Assembly: GCA_033764955.1 (NCBI GenBank)
Contig: JANRIL010000019.1
Location: 1-64,000 of the forward strand
DNA: 64,000 nt
DNA from: Cyanobacteriota bacterium
Lineage (GTDB): Bacteria > Cyanobacteriota > Cyanobacteriia > Thermostichales > Thermostichaceae
Direction of reading: 5' to 3'
Below, piece by piece: positions 37,860 to 50,774 of this stretch (within the stretch, counting starts at the first letter, position 1; each line of letters begins with the position of its first letter). The translations under genes and the position numbers were made by a program. The notes beneath the pieces were generated by a model. It worked only from the letters and a program-made list of their open reading frames with translations. It searched no databases and had not been told where the DNA came from.

Positions 37860-38537
37860 GTGGGCTATATTTTGGACAACCCAGACATCGTCTGGACGCT
37901 GCTCTGGCAGCACATGCAGATGACAGGCTTGACCCTTCTCATCGCTGTTAGCATAGCGTTACCTATCGCCCTAGTCATTACCCGCTATCGCTGGCTGACG
38001 GTTCCCGTTATGGGATGTTTGGGGATCCTCTACACGATTCCCAGCTTAGCCCTGATCATTCTGCTGGTTCCGTGGCTGGGTTTGAATGCCCGCTCTGTCA
38101 TTGCCGCGATGATCGTATACAGTCAGGTGATTTTAGTACGCCACATCGCTGTTGGATTACAGTCCATCAAACCGAGTATTCTGGAGGCGGCTAAGGGAAT
38201 GGGAATGGACGCTTGGCAGCGCTGGTGGCGGGTACAGGTGCCTTTGATGTTGCCTGTGTTTTTGGCAGGATTGCGGTTGTCAGCGATTGTGGCGATTGCC
38301 ATTGCCACCATTGGAGCCAAGTTTGGGGCTGGAGGGTTGGGATCCCTTTTGTTTGACGGCATTGCCCAAGCGGGACGGTATGACAAAATCTGGGCAGGAT
38401 CCTTGGCGGTTGCCTTGCTGGCCTTGCTGATTAACGTTGCGTTTTTGGGGTTGGAGTGGGCGGCTAAACCAGGGCGACAGGGATGGAGACGGTGGGGCGG
38501 TACGGATCCCTGGCAACATTCTCTGGATCCCCATTAG
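37860..38537 (+). CDS. Osmoprotectant-type ABC permease (OpuBB/ProW-like)
   Basis: YTIPSLAL, EAAKGMGM, GAGGLG. Confidence 0.88.
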   Translation: MGYILDNPDIVWTLLWQHMQMTGLTLLIAVSIALPIALVITRYRWLTVPVMGCLGILYTIPSLALIILLVPWLGLNARSVIAAMIVYSQVILVRHIAVGLQSIKPSILEAAKGMGMDAWQRWWRVQVPLMLPVFLAGLRLSAIVAIAIATIGAKFGAGGLGSLLFDGIAQAGRYDKIWAGSLAVALLALLINVAFLGLEWAAKPGRQGWRRWGGTDPWQHSLDPH

Positions 38538-38717
38538 ATTTTTTCTACAGGAAGATTCCTACTGAGGATCCTACCGAGGCTCCCATCGAAAGATCGTGAC
38601 AAGGGCAGGGGCGGATTAACAATTGGTAATCTTTGCTCAGATCCGCGATACTTTAACTAGGAAAGCTGCGGTGAAGAAAGCCGCTACCCTGCCTTCCTCC
38701 CCACCTTAGGTTATTCC

Positions 38718-39254
38718 ATGCACGCCGCCACAACCGTCCTTTTGGTGGATGGCTACAACATGATTGGCTCATGGCCTCCGTTGCGAAAATGGATGCGGCA
38801 GGCTCCTGACATTGCTCGCCTCAAACTGGTCGAGATGCTAGCCAGTTACGTCAGTTTTCGGGAATACCAAACCACGGTCGTATTTGATGCCTATGCCCAG
38901 ATCACCCCTGCCCACCAAGAAACTACCCCGGTGGGAATCCAGGTTTACTACACCCCCTTTGGGGAAACCGCTGACACCTACATCGAGCGCACCTGCGCCC
39001 AACTGCAATGGCAAGAGTGTCGAGTGCGGGTGGCAACCTCCGATCGTGCCCAGCAATTGGTGGTGGGTGGATATGATGCCGAGTGGTTGTCGGCTCAGCA
39101 GTTGTGGGAGGAGATTGAGCAAACCCGTGAGCAGATCCGCCAACTCAAGCCCAAAAAAAACAGCAGACCCGAACGGGGAATTCACGGTTATTTAGATCCA
39201 CAAACACGGGAGCGGCTGTCCCGTTGGCGCTTACATGGCTCCGATCCGGTTTGA
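38718..39254 (+). CDS. YacP/Rae1-like NYN domain RNase
   Basis: LLVDGYNMIG, VVFDA, TADTYIE, VATSD. Confidence 0.9.
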   Translation: MHAATTVLLVDGYNMIGSWPPLRKWMRQAPDIARLKLVEMLASYVSFREYQTTVVFDAYAQITPAHQETTPVGIQVYYTPFGETADTYIERTCAQLQWQECRVRVATSDRAQQLVVGGYDAEWLSAQQLWEEIEQTREQIRQLKPKKNSRPERGIHGYLDPQTRERLSRWRLHGSDPV

Positions 39255-39380
39255 ATGGGTTGAGTTGGCTATCCTGAACTTTTAGGATCCCCAGCAGCAG
39301 GCAGGGTAAGATTTAAGATCCTGTAGAAACCTTGTCTCCCCACTATCCCCTAATTTCTCCCCATCGGATCCTTGTTTCCT

Positions 39381-40892
39381 ATGTATTGTGATTATCTCGT
39401 GCAAATTTTAACCGCCCGTGTCTATGACGTTGCCCAAGAAACTCCTCTTGAACCAGCCAGTAATTTATCGGCTCGCCTCAAGAATCATCTCTGGCTAAAA
39501 CGGGAAGATATGCAATCGGTTTTCTCCTTCAAACTACGGGGAGCCTATAACAAAATGGTAAAACTTCCCCCTGAGATTTTGCAGCGGGGTGTGATTGCGG
39601 CTTCAGCAGGAAACCATGCTCAAGGGGTTGCCTTAGCCGCCAAAAAACTGGGCGCAAGGGCAATGATTGTTATGCCTGTTACGACCCCCCAGGTCAAGGT
39701 TAATGCTGTGAAAACACGGGGGGGGGAGGTTGTTTTATATGGAGATACCTATGATGATGCCTATGCCTATGCCCGCCAACTCGAACAAAGTAAAGGCATG
39801 ACTTTTATTCATCCCTTTGATGATCCCGATGTGATTGCTGGGCAGGGCACAATTGGCATGGAAATTTTACGACAATACCAGCAGCCTATCCACGCCATTT
39901 TTGTTGCGGTTGGTGGCGGTGGCTTGATTTCGGGTATTGCTGCCTACATTAAACGCTTGCGTCCTGAGATCAAGATCATTGGTGTTGAACCCGTAGATGC
40001 TGATGCTATGTTTCAATCCTTGCAGGCAGGTCGGCGAGTGCGATTGTCGCAGGTGGGTTTATTTGCCGACGGCGTGGCTGTGCGGGAGGTGGGGGAAGAA
40101 ACCTTTCGTTTGTGTCAGCAATATGTGGATGAAATCATTTTGGTGGATACGGATGATATTTGTGCCGCCATTAAAGATGGATTTGAGGATACCCGTTCGA
40201 TTTTAGAACCTGCCGGAGCCTTGTCAATTGCCGCCGCCAAAGCCTATGTAGAACGAGAACATATTCAGGATCAAACCCTGATTGCGGTGGCCTGTGGTGC
40301 CAATATGAATTTCGATCGGCTGCGTTTTGTCGCAGAAAGAGCAGAATTAGGAGAAAATCGAGAAGCCATTTTTGCAGTGACAATTCCTGAGGAACGAGGG
40401 AGTTTCCGTCGTTTTTGCGCTTGCTTGGGCAGGCGAAATCTGACCGAGTTTAACTATCGTATGTGTCAGGGGCAAGAGGCGCATATTTTTGTGGGTTTAG
40501 AGATTCAGGATCGAGCGGATGCCGTAACCATGGCTGACAAATTTGAATCCTGTGGATTTAAGACGATTGATCTTAGCAATGATGAACTCGCCAAACTGCA
40601 TTTGCGTCATATGGTGGGGGGGCGCTCCCCGGAAGTGGCCTACGAACTGCTCTATCGCTTTGAGTTTCCCGAACGACCGGGGGCTTTGATGAAGTTTCTC
40701 AATTCTATGAGTCCAGATTGGAATATCAGCCTGTTTCACTATCGCAACAATGGTTCTGATTATGGTCGAATTGTGATTGGAGTACAAGTTCCAAATCATG
40801 AACTGAATGAATGGCAAGCCTTCTTAGAAACCTTGGGATATCGCTATTGGGATGAAAGTCAAAATCCAGCCTATCAGTTGTTTTTGAGGTAG
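39381..40892 (+). CDS. ilvA: Threonine ammonia-lyase, biosynthetic
   Basis: KREDMQSVFSFKLRGAYN, SAGNHAQG, two ACT-like regulatory repeats. Confidence 0.97.
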   Translation: MYCDYLVQILTARVYDVAQETPLEPASNLSARLKNHLWLKREDMQSVFSFKLRGAYNKMVKLPPEILQRGVIAASAGNHAQGVALAAKKLGARAMIVMPVTTPQVKVNAVKTRGGEVVLYGDTYDDAYAYARQLEQSKGMTFIHPFDDPDVIAGQGTIGMEILRQYQQPIHAIFVAVGGGGLISGIAAYIKRLRPEIKIIGVEPVDADAMFQSLQAGRRVRLSQVGLFADGVAVREVGEETFRLCQQYVDEIILVDTDDICAAIKDGFEDTRSILEPAGALSIAAAKAYVEREHIQDQTLIAVACGANMNFDRLRFVAERAELGENREAIFAVTIPEERGSFRRFCACLGRRNLTEFNYRMCQGQEAHIFVGLEIQDRADAVTMADKFESCGFKTIDLSNDELAKLHLRHMVGGRSPEVAYELLYRFEFPERPGALMKFLNSMSPDWNISLFHYRNNGSDYGRIVIGVQVPNHELNEWQAFLETLGYRYWDESQNPAYQLFLR

Positions 40893-40921
40893 GCTTTTAC
40901 TGGAGCTGCACGGATGCTTGG

Positions 40922-42859
40922 TTAGGGATCCCTTTCGGCTAACTCCATCCAGCGTTCTGTTGAGCTATCGATGGAATGGCTTAACTCGGCTAGTCGCTGA
41001 GACAAGGTTTGGAGTTCGGTATAGTCTGTGGGCGGATGATCGTAGAGAGTAGCTTCAATCCGAGCTTTTTCGGCCTCCATTTCAGGAATACGGATTTCTA
41101 GCGCCTCATATTCTCGTTTCTCTTTGTAGGAAAGTTTGCCAGATGAAACAGGTTTTACAGTCTTTTGTAAAGGTGAGGAACTAGTCCCTTTCTCCGGATC
41201 CACCAGCTTACTACTGGTCTGGGGGTTACTGGATTGGAGATTGTTAATGACTTGAGTCTGTTGATAGTCTAAATAAATCGAATAGTTTCCTGGATACTGT
41301 CGAATATATCCATCGGATTCAAAAGCAAAAATAGTATCGACGGTGCGATCTAAAAAATAGCGATCATGAGAGACAACAATAACACACCCATTAAAATCTT
41401 CGAGATAGTCTTCTAAGACTGCCAAAGTTTGTACATCCAGATCGTTGGTGGGTTCATCCAAAATTAAGACATTGGGGGCACTCATCAAAACCTGTAAAAG
41501 AAAAAGTCTGCGTTTTTCCCCGCCGGATAGTTTTTCGATAGGGGCATATTGTTGATTGGGTGGAAACAAAAAACGCTCTAACATTTGAGATGCAGTAATT
41601 ACACTGCCATCCGCTGTTTTAACCAATTCGGCAATACTCTTTAAGTAATCAATTACTCTTTGCTTAGGGTTAAGATGCAGTTCATCGGAATGCTGGTTAA
41701 AATAGCCGATTTGGATGGTGGATCCCACTTCAATCTGACCGCTATCGGGCAGTATTTTTTGGGTGATCATATCCATCAATGTTGATTTGCCGACCCCATT
41801 CGGGCCAATGATGCCAATGCGATCTTCGGGATGAAAGAGATAGGAAAAATTATGGATGAGGGTACGATCGACAAAGGATTTGCTGATGTTATGAATTTCA
41901 ATTACTTTCTTGCCAATACGTCGTCCGGCTGTGGTGATTTCTACTTTGCCTTGTACCTGCTTGAACTCCTGATTTTGCATGGCTCGAATCCGTTCAATTC
42001 GGGCTTTCTGTTTCGTACTTCGGGCTTTGGGGCCTCGCTTCAACCATTCCAACTCTCGCCGTAAAACCCCCGTATGTTTATGTTGACTGCTAATTTGAGA
42101 AATGGTGGCTTCTGCTTTTTTTTCGAGATAATAAGCATAGTTGCCGGCATAATGATAAAGATCCCCCTGATCAATTTCTAAAATGCGGTTGGTGACGCGA
42201 TCCAAGAAATAGCGATCATGGGTAATTAAGAGCAATGCCCCTCGATAACGGCTGAGATAATCCTGTAGCCACTCCACCGAGAGGGCATCCAGGTGGTTGG
42301 TGGGTTCATCCATCAATAAAACATCGGGATCCGATAAAAGGGCAGCGGCTAAGGCTATCCGTTTGCGATATCCCCCCGACAGGTGACGAATTTGGGCTTG
42401 GATGTCTTGGATCCCCAGGCGAGTCAGAACAATTTTGGCTTGGGTTTCTAACTCCCAGGCTCCTAACCCCTCGATTCGCTGCGAGAGGTTGGATAAGCGA
42501 GCCATCAAAGGTTCGGGATCCCCTTGTTGATGGGCAAGCTGGTGAGAAACCGCTTCATACTCCCGCACCAACGCCATCGCTTCTCCACTATCCGCAAACA
42601 CCTGTTCCAAAACGGTCAGGTTGTCATCCAGATCGGGCTGTTGAGGCAAATAGACAATCTTGGCGGCACTATTCGTCCACATCTCTCCAGTATCAATGGA
42701 TTCCAAGCCAGCCATCATTTTGAGCAGGGTGGATTTACCGGATCCATTGGTGCCGATCAAGCCGACTTTATCCCCCGGTGCAAGGCTAAAACTTGCATTC
42801 TTGAGAATCGGCTTGATTCCAAAATCTTTGCTTACGGAGTGCAGCGTCAAAAGAGCCAT
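40922..42859 (-). CDS. ABC-F family ATPase (Uup-like)
   Basis: Two ABC domains, PKARSTKQKARI linker, C-terminal KLSYKEKRE coiled coil. Confidence 0.92.
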   Translation of the reverse strand: MALLTLHSVSKDFGIKPILKNASFSLAPGDKVGLIGTNGSGKSTLLKMMAGLESIDTGEMWTNSAAKIVYLPQQPDLDDNLTVLEQVFADSGEAMALVREYEAVSHQLAHQQGDPEPLMARLSNLSQRIEGLGAWELETQAKIVLTRLGIQDIQAQIRHLSGGYRKRIALAAALLSDPDVLLMDEPTNHLDALSVEWLQDYLSRYRGALLLITHDRYFLDRVTNRILEIDQGDLYHYAGNYAYYLEKKAEATISQISSQHKHTGVLRRELEWLKRGPKARSTKQKARIERIRAMQNQEFKQVQGKVEITTAGRRIGKKVIEIHNISKSFVDRTLIHNFSYLFHPEDRIGIIGPNGVGKSTLMDMITQKILPDSGQIEVGSTIQIGYFNQHSDELHLNPKQRVIDYLKSIAELVKTADGSVITASQMLERFLFPPNQQYAPIEKLSGGEKRRLFLLQVLMSAPNVLILDEPTNDLDVQTLAVLEDYLEDFNGCVIVVSHDRYFLDRTVDTIFAFESDGYIRQYPGNYSIYLDYQQTQVINNLQSSNPQTSSKLVDPEKGTSSSPLQKTVKPVSSGKLSYKEKREYEALEIRIPEMEAEKARIEATLYDHPPTDYTELQTLSQRLAELSHSIDSSTERWMELAERDP

Positions 42860-42956
42860 GAATTGGGGGTGCTATCCTTGCGAACTCTAGTCTAACCTGA
42901 TGGGATCCGGCTGTTGGCTCAGGTACCATGAGAGGATGCGCCAAGGCTGATTCTAA

Positions 42957-43265
42957 GGGGCGTGTCGATAAATCAAGCGAGGGATTTTGGCTGGTGACTT
43001 TGTGTAGTTTATGAGATCTCTAAGGAGATAAATCATAAAGACAGTAATGGGTCAGCAGGGATTTTGGGATCTAGAGAAACGAAAAGAAAAGCTTACAGAA
43101 CAGAAAGACGTGCTTTTGCGTTGGAAGGGAATGATTCCGTGGGAGAAATTTTGCCGAGAGTTGGAGAGTATTTATCAAAAAACACATAAAAGTCTAGCAG
43201 GTCGCAAGTCAATTGAGGTGATTAGATGGAGTGGGGTAATTGAGTCAATTCACAATTCCTTGTGA
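42957..43265 (+). pseudogene. IS5-family remnant (left end plus transposase 5' fragment, 43047-43265)
   Basis: MGQQGFWD...IPWEKF...KSLAGRKSIEVI matches the N-terminus of cyanobacterial IS5-type transposases. CTAA-GGGGCGTGTCGATAAAT is a plausible target plus left end. Confidence 0.7.
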
Positions 43266-43307
43266 GCAAAGCGTTCTGAGTTTTTATACAGTCTCCCCTT
43301 GGTACCC

Positions 43308-43371
43308 ACGGTACAGAGGTTATCGGTGGGTGTTCGAGGGGATCTGCCGCCGCTGCGCTTTGCTGTTATGC
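43308..43371 (+). other. Solo 3' half of an attC
   Basis: 43308-43339 is 31/32 identical to 8410-8441, then continues tctgccgccgctgcgctttgct-GTTATGC. Confidence 0.8.
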
Positions 43372-43492
43372 CCCTCAGTTAGCAGGAGATAAGCATAAGA
43401 GACATTACTTGAGTTATCCTAGCCGAGACAATAAGAGAAAACTTCAGCTCCGCCCAGTCCATGCATAGTCGGTAGCGAGTGGGAAATCTTGA

Positions 43493-44041
43493 TTAATAGA
43501 CCAGACATCTATCGAGTTTGTAGAGGGCTAGCTCGGTTTGGTAGTAAAGGGTGGTGTTTCCAATAAACTGCATGTGCAAACGCTGCATCACCCGTAACGA
43601 AGCAGTGTTGTCGGGGTTAGCCACAGCAAAAATAGTAGGGAGACGGAGTTGCTCAAAGCCATAGTGCAGGAGGGCGCGAGCGGCTTCCGTGGCATAGCCA
43701 CATCCCCAGGCAGAACGTTTGAGATGCCAGCCAACTTCAAACTGTGAGGTGGGCTGATCCTGAGCATCCCGCAATGGAATTAAGATCCCTGTCCCGATCA
43801 AGGTGGAGTCTGCCTTGAGTTGAATCGCCCAAAATCCGCATCCTTGCCCCCATTGAGCCGCTTTTTGGTTCCAGCGATCTAAAACCTGCCATGCTTCGCT
43901 GAGGGTTGTGATTTTTGTCATCAAAAATCGCGTCACTTCTGGATCTCCATAAATGGAGAGGGCATGCATAGCGTCCCTGTCCGGCTGCCACGATCGAAGA
44001 ATCAGCCGTTGCGTTTCTGCCAAGATAGAGGGATCCTTCAT
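43493..44041 (-). CDS. RimJ/RimL-like GNAT acetyltransferase
   Basis: ETQRLILR, EVGWHL..WGCGYATEAA, NTASLRVMQRL. Confidence 0.9.
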   Translation of the reverse strand: MKDPSILAETQRLILRSWQPDRDAMHALSIYGDPEVTRFLMTKITTLSEAWQVLDRWNQKAAQWGQGCGFWAIQLKADSTLIGTGILIPLRDAQDQPTSQFEVGWHLKRSAWGCGYATEAARALLHYGFEQLRLPTIFAVANPDNTASLRVMQRLHMQFIGNTTLYYQTELALYKLDRCLVY

Positions 44042-44271
44042 CGCCTTACTTTTTCTCACTATGTTCAGTCTCACCCTGCCAACCAGGGGGAGGATCCTAA
44101 GCTACCCCTTAAATCCGCTTTTCGGGCAAGCCACACGGATCCTGATATTCATCGTAGGATAGGGTTTTGGTGGGCTGTCCCCTCCACTTCATCCCTACAG
44201 TTTCTATCCCCGACCTTTCACCTAGAGGGATTGACCAGGTTCTTTTTATCATCATCTGTAGCGCAGGCAGC

Positions 44272-44979
44272 ATGAAAACCAGCCCATTAAAACCCCTGAT
44301 TGTGGCGCATCGAGGAGGAAAAAGCGGGATCCCAGAAAATTCTCTGGCCGCCTTTGCTTGGGCGATTGAGGTGGGAGCTGAGATGATCGAGTTTGATGTG
44401 CGGCAGACCAAGGATGGCGTACTGGTCGTTCATCATGATGCGGCGTTAGCGGAGTACCCGGAACAACCGATTCAATCCTTGACCTATGAACAGATTGGCC
44501 ACCTTCATCCCCTCCCGACACTACAAGAAGTGCTGCAATCTACCGCCGGAAAAATTCAATTGGATATTGAACTGAAAGAGACTGGAAGTGAGATTCAAGC
44601 TAGCCAGATGGCACTCCATTATTGTTCACCCGAAGATTTCTTAATCACTTCTTTTTTGGACTCTGTGATAGCAGGTGTGAAAAGGGAATTTCCCTCCATC
44701 TATACAGGACTCCTGTTAGAAACCAACCGGGATCCCTGGTTGCGCTACCAACAGACCCAAGCGGATTTTTTGCTGCCCCATTGGAGCCTGTTTGAAAATG
44801 GATGTTTTCCCGCCCAATGGGATCACCCGCAGATCCGTTATTGGGTATGGACGGTGAATCAGAGAGAACCGTTCCAGCAGTTTCTTGCTCATCCCCAGGT
44901 GGTTGGCATTATCACCGATTATCCACAATTGGCTTTAGAGTGGCGTCAACAACAGCAAGGGATCCCGCTATCTCTTTAG
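44272..44979 (+). CDS. Glycerophosphodiester phosphodiesterase
   Basis: IVAHRG, PENSLAAF, EFDVRQTKDG..VVHHD, WTVN, IITDYP. Confidence 0.93.
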   Translation: MKTSPLKPLIVAHRGGKSGIPENSLAAFAWAIEVGAEMIEFDVRQTKDGVLVVHHDAALAEYPEQPIQSLTYEQIGHLHPLPTLQEVLQSTAGKIQLDIELKETGSEIQASQMALHYCSPEDFLITSFLDSVIAGVKREFPSIYTGLLLETNRDPWLRYQQTQADFLLPHWSLFENGCFPAQWDHPQIRYWVWTVNQREPFQQFLAHPQVVGIITDYPQLALEWRQQQQGIPLSL

Positions 44980-45011
44980 GTTGAGTTCTTCTAGTTTTAA
45001 TGGGTTGATTT

Positions 45012-46649
45012 ATGAAAATTGCCCTTTTGCAGCTCAACCCGATTGTGGGGGATCTGGTGGGAAATGCCCAGATGATTGAAAAGGCGGTGCAGCAGGCGGC
45101 TAGCCTGGGGGCGGATCTGGCGATCACCTCTGAATTGGCTTTGCTGGGGTATCCTCCTCGTGATTTACTGCTCTATCCCGACTTTGTGCATCGGGCAACC
45201 CAAAGGCTGGGGCAATTGGCCGATAGCTTGCGGGAGAGCATTCCGCTCGTGGTGGGAACGGTGCAACCCAATCCCGCCCCAGAGGGACGAGCGTTGTTTA
45301 ATGGAGCGGCTTGGTTAGAAGCCGGAGAGATCCGCCATTGGATTCATAAAAGTCTATTGCCAACCTATGATGTCTTTGATGAAGATCGCTATTTTGAACC
45401 CGCTCAGCAACGGGAGCCGATCCGGTTTCGGGGTCGCCAACTGGGTTTTAGCATCTGTGAAGATGTTTGGAATGACCGAGATTTTTGGCAGCACCGCCGC
45501 TACAAGATGGATCCGATTGAAGAGATGTCGGCAGCAGGGGCGGATGTTTTGATTAACCTCTCAGCCTCCCCCTTTAGCGTGGGCAAACAAACCCTGCGGG
45601 TCAAGATGCTGAGTGCGCTGGCTCGCAAGCATCATCTGTCGGTGGTTTATGTCAATCAGGTGGGGGGAAATGATGATTTGATCTTTGATGGCGCTAGCTT
45701 TGTGCTGGATCCCGCTGGAGAGGTGATCGCTCAGGCACCTGCCTTTCAGCCGGATGTGGTCTGTGTAGATTTGGAGCAACCCGCCCCCCCTAGTCTGCCC
45801 GCTATCTGGCCCACCAGTACCCCCGCCGAATTGTTTCAAGCCCTCGTTTTGGGAACCCGCGATTACGTTTTCAAGTGTGGCTTCCGGCAGGTGTTGTTGG
45901 GCTTGTCGGGGGGAATTGACTCGGCGGTGACAGCGGTGATCGCCGTAGAAGCCCTGGGATCCGCCAATGTTTTGGGGGTATTGATGCCTTCCCCCTATTC
46001 CAGCCCCAGCAGTCTCACGGATGCTCAGGCATTAGCGGAGGCGTTAGGGATCCCCACCTACACCTTGCCCATTGCCCCGATGATGCAGGCATTTGAACAG
46101 GTCTTAGCCCAGCCGTTAGCCGGATTTCCGCCCGACATCACGGAAGAGAACTTGCAATCCCGCATCCGTGGCACCACCCTGATGGCGCTCTCCAATAAAT
46201 TGGGGCACATGCTGCTGACCACGGGTAACAAGTCAGAACTCGCCGTCGGCTACTGCACCATCTATGGAGATATGTCCGGTGGCTTGGCGGTGATCTCGGA
46301 TGTGCCCAAAACCCAGGTTTATCAGTTGGCCGAGTGGATTAACCGCCACCAGCAGGTCATCCCCACCTCCACCCTGACCAAACCCCCTTCTGCGGAATTG
46401 CGTCCTGACCAACGGGATAGCGACAGTTTGCCCGCCTATGAGGTGTTGGACGCGATTTTGAGCCGCCATATTGAACAGCACCAATCCCATGATCAGTTAG
46501 TCGCCGCCGGATTTGACACGGAAACGGTGCAGAAAGTCTTACGACTGGTGAAAATAGCCGAGTTTAAGCGCCATCAAGCCGCTCCCGGTCTGCGGGTCAC
46601 AGATCGCGCTTTTGGCACAGGCTGGCGAATGCCGATTGCCCGCCGCTAG
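45012..46649 (+). CDS. nadE: Glutamine-dependent NAD+ synthetase
   Basis: Nitrilase domain (ICEDVW) plus GLSGGIDS, ENLQSRIRG, TGNKSE, PSAELRPDQ. Confidence 0.96.
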   Translation: MKIALLQLNPIVGDLVGNAQMIEKAVQQAASLGADLAITSELALLGYPPRDLLLYPDFVHRATQRLGQLADSLRESIPLVVGTVQPNPAPEGRALFNGAAWLEAGEIRHWIHKSLLPTYDVFDEDRYFEPAQQREPIRFRGRQLGFSICEDVWNDRDFWQHRRYKMDPIEEMSAAGADVLINLSASPFSVGKQTLRVKMLSALARKHHLSVVYVNQVGGNDDLIFDGASFVLDPAGEVIAQAPAFQPDVVCVDLEQPAPPSLPAIWPTSTPAELFQALVLGTRDYVFKCGFRQVLLGLSGGIDSAVTAVIAVEALGSANVLGVLMPSPYSSPSSLTDAQALAEALGIPTYTLPIAPMMQAFEQVLAQPLAGFPPDITEENLQSRIRGTTLMALSNKLGHMLLTTGNKSELAVGYCTIYGDMSGGLAVISDVPKTQVYQLAEWINRHQQVIPTSTLTKPPSAELRPDQRDSDSLPAYEVLDAILSRHIEQHQSHDQLVAAGFDTETVQKVLRLVKIAEFKRHQAAPGLRVTDRAFGTGWRMPIARR

Positions 46650-46711
46650 CGGACTCCATCCCCAGGAGTAAGGGGAAGCACCAGAAACCAGTAGAAACTA
46701 GAAACCAGTAA

Positions 46712-46738
46712 GAAAAAAGGGTGACCGAGGCCACCCTT
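46712..46738. terminator. Hairpin terminator between convergent nadE and apcE
   Basis: aaaaaagggtg-accgaggc-caccctt. The U-run lies on the minus (apcE) strand. Confidence 0.65.
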
Positions 46739-46765
46739 AGAGCATGAGCGTACTTGGGTTATCCC

Positions 46766-49459
<2,694 letters not shown>

Positions 49460-49718
49460 CTAAAGCTCCGTTGTTATCAAAACTGTACAAAATCAGACAT
49501 AAAAAACGTGATTCCCAGTCCAGGTTATGCAATCCTGCGACCAACCTGCTCAAGGATCCCCTAAGCTCTGGTCAAACTTAGAATACTAGGGTGCGGGATC
49601 CCTTGTGAGGGCTTTGTTGCAAGTTGTAACACTGTTCCTCAGATTGGTTAGGGATTGGGCTAGGGATGCCGGCGAGCTGGATTTTGTGGGATAGTTGGGG
49701 CGAGAGCAGAATCAACCT

Positions 49719-50774
49719 ATGCAGATTGAGTTTGAACCGTTTACCCTCCATAAGCGGCATGTGCTAACGATTAGTCGGGGCAGCAGCAGCCAAAACACCA
49801 ATGTCTGGGTTCGTGTGGAGGCGGAGGGAATTGAGGGGTGGGGAGAAGCCTGTCCTTTTGCGGTGGATCGGCAGGAACAAGGCCTGGACTCCTTGTTGGC
49901 AGCTTTGTCGGTATGTCAAAGCCTGTTAAGTGACTATACCCCTTGGCAACGGCAACGGATCGAGCAGATGTTGGGGGAACAGCAGATCCCGTCGGCGGTG
50001 CGGGCTGCTCTCGATATGGCGCTCTACGATTGGCTGGGCAAGCGAACTGCTACTCCCCTTTGGCAACTGTGGGGATTCGATATCCATCGGATCCCTGTAA
50101 CAACCGTGACGATTGGTATTAGTGAGCCGGAGGTAGCTCAACAACGTGCCCTGGCCTGGATGGAGCAGATCCCTGGCCTGCAAGCCTTTAAGGTGAAGCT
50201 GGGTAGCTCGGTGGGGATAGAAGCTGACCAAAATATGTTGATCGCCATCCAGGAGGTAATTCCGATTGGCAGTTTGCTGACGGTGGATGCCAATGGCGGT
50301 TGGATGGTGGAGGATGCCCTCAGCATGTGTCAGTGGTTAGCAGGACAGGGGGTAGCCTATGTGGAACAACCCCTGGAGAAAGGCAAGGAAGCTGGCTTAA
50401 TTACCCTTTGGCATCAATCTCCTCTGCCGATCTTTGTGGATGAAAGTTGTTGGGAGAGTCTGGATATTCCTCCCCTCAAGGATCGGATTCATGGCATCAA
50501 TATCAAGCTGATGAAGTCGGGGGGGCTAACGGAGGCGCTACGGATGATTCACACAGCGCGGGCGGAGGGCTTGCAGGTGATGATGGGCTGCTATGGCAAC
50601 AGTGCCCTCGCCAATACCGCAGCCGCTCATCTGACTCCCCTTCTAGATTATGTGGATCTGGATAGTCATCTGAATGTGGTGGATGATCCGTTTACGGGAG
50701 CCACCCTAGAACAGGGCTGTTTAATACCCAGCACAGAGCCGGGATTGGGGGTGAGGCGTGTTGATCCAGCCTGA
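49719..50774 (+). CDS. Enolase-superfamily dipeptide epimerase (YcjG/DgcA-like)
   Basis: KVKLG, VDANGGW, EQP, VDES, NIKLMKSGG, DLD. Confidence 0.92.
   Translation: MQIEFEPFTLHKRHVLTISRGSSSQNTNVWVRVEAEGIEGWGEACPFAVDRQEQGLDSLLAALSVCQSLLSDYTPWQRQRIEQMLGEQQIPSAVRAALDMALYDWLGKRTATPLWQLWGFDIHRIPVTTVTIGISEPEVAQQRALAWMEQIPGLQAFKVKLGSSVGIEADQNMLIAIQEVIPIGSLLTVDANGGWMVEDALSMCQWLAGQGVAYVEQPLEKGKEAGLITLWHQSPLPIFVDESCWESLDIPPLKDRIHGINIKLMKSGGLTEALRMIHTARAEGLQVMMGCYGNSALANTAAAHLTPLLDYVDLDSHLNVVDDPFTGATLEQGCLIPSTEPGLGVRRVDPA

Noticed and set aside
46683..46710. Short agaaaccagt / agaaact repeats after nadE
   Set aside because: Only two to three short imperfect copies next to a terminator, consistent with slippage.
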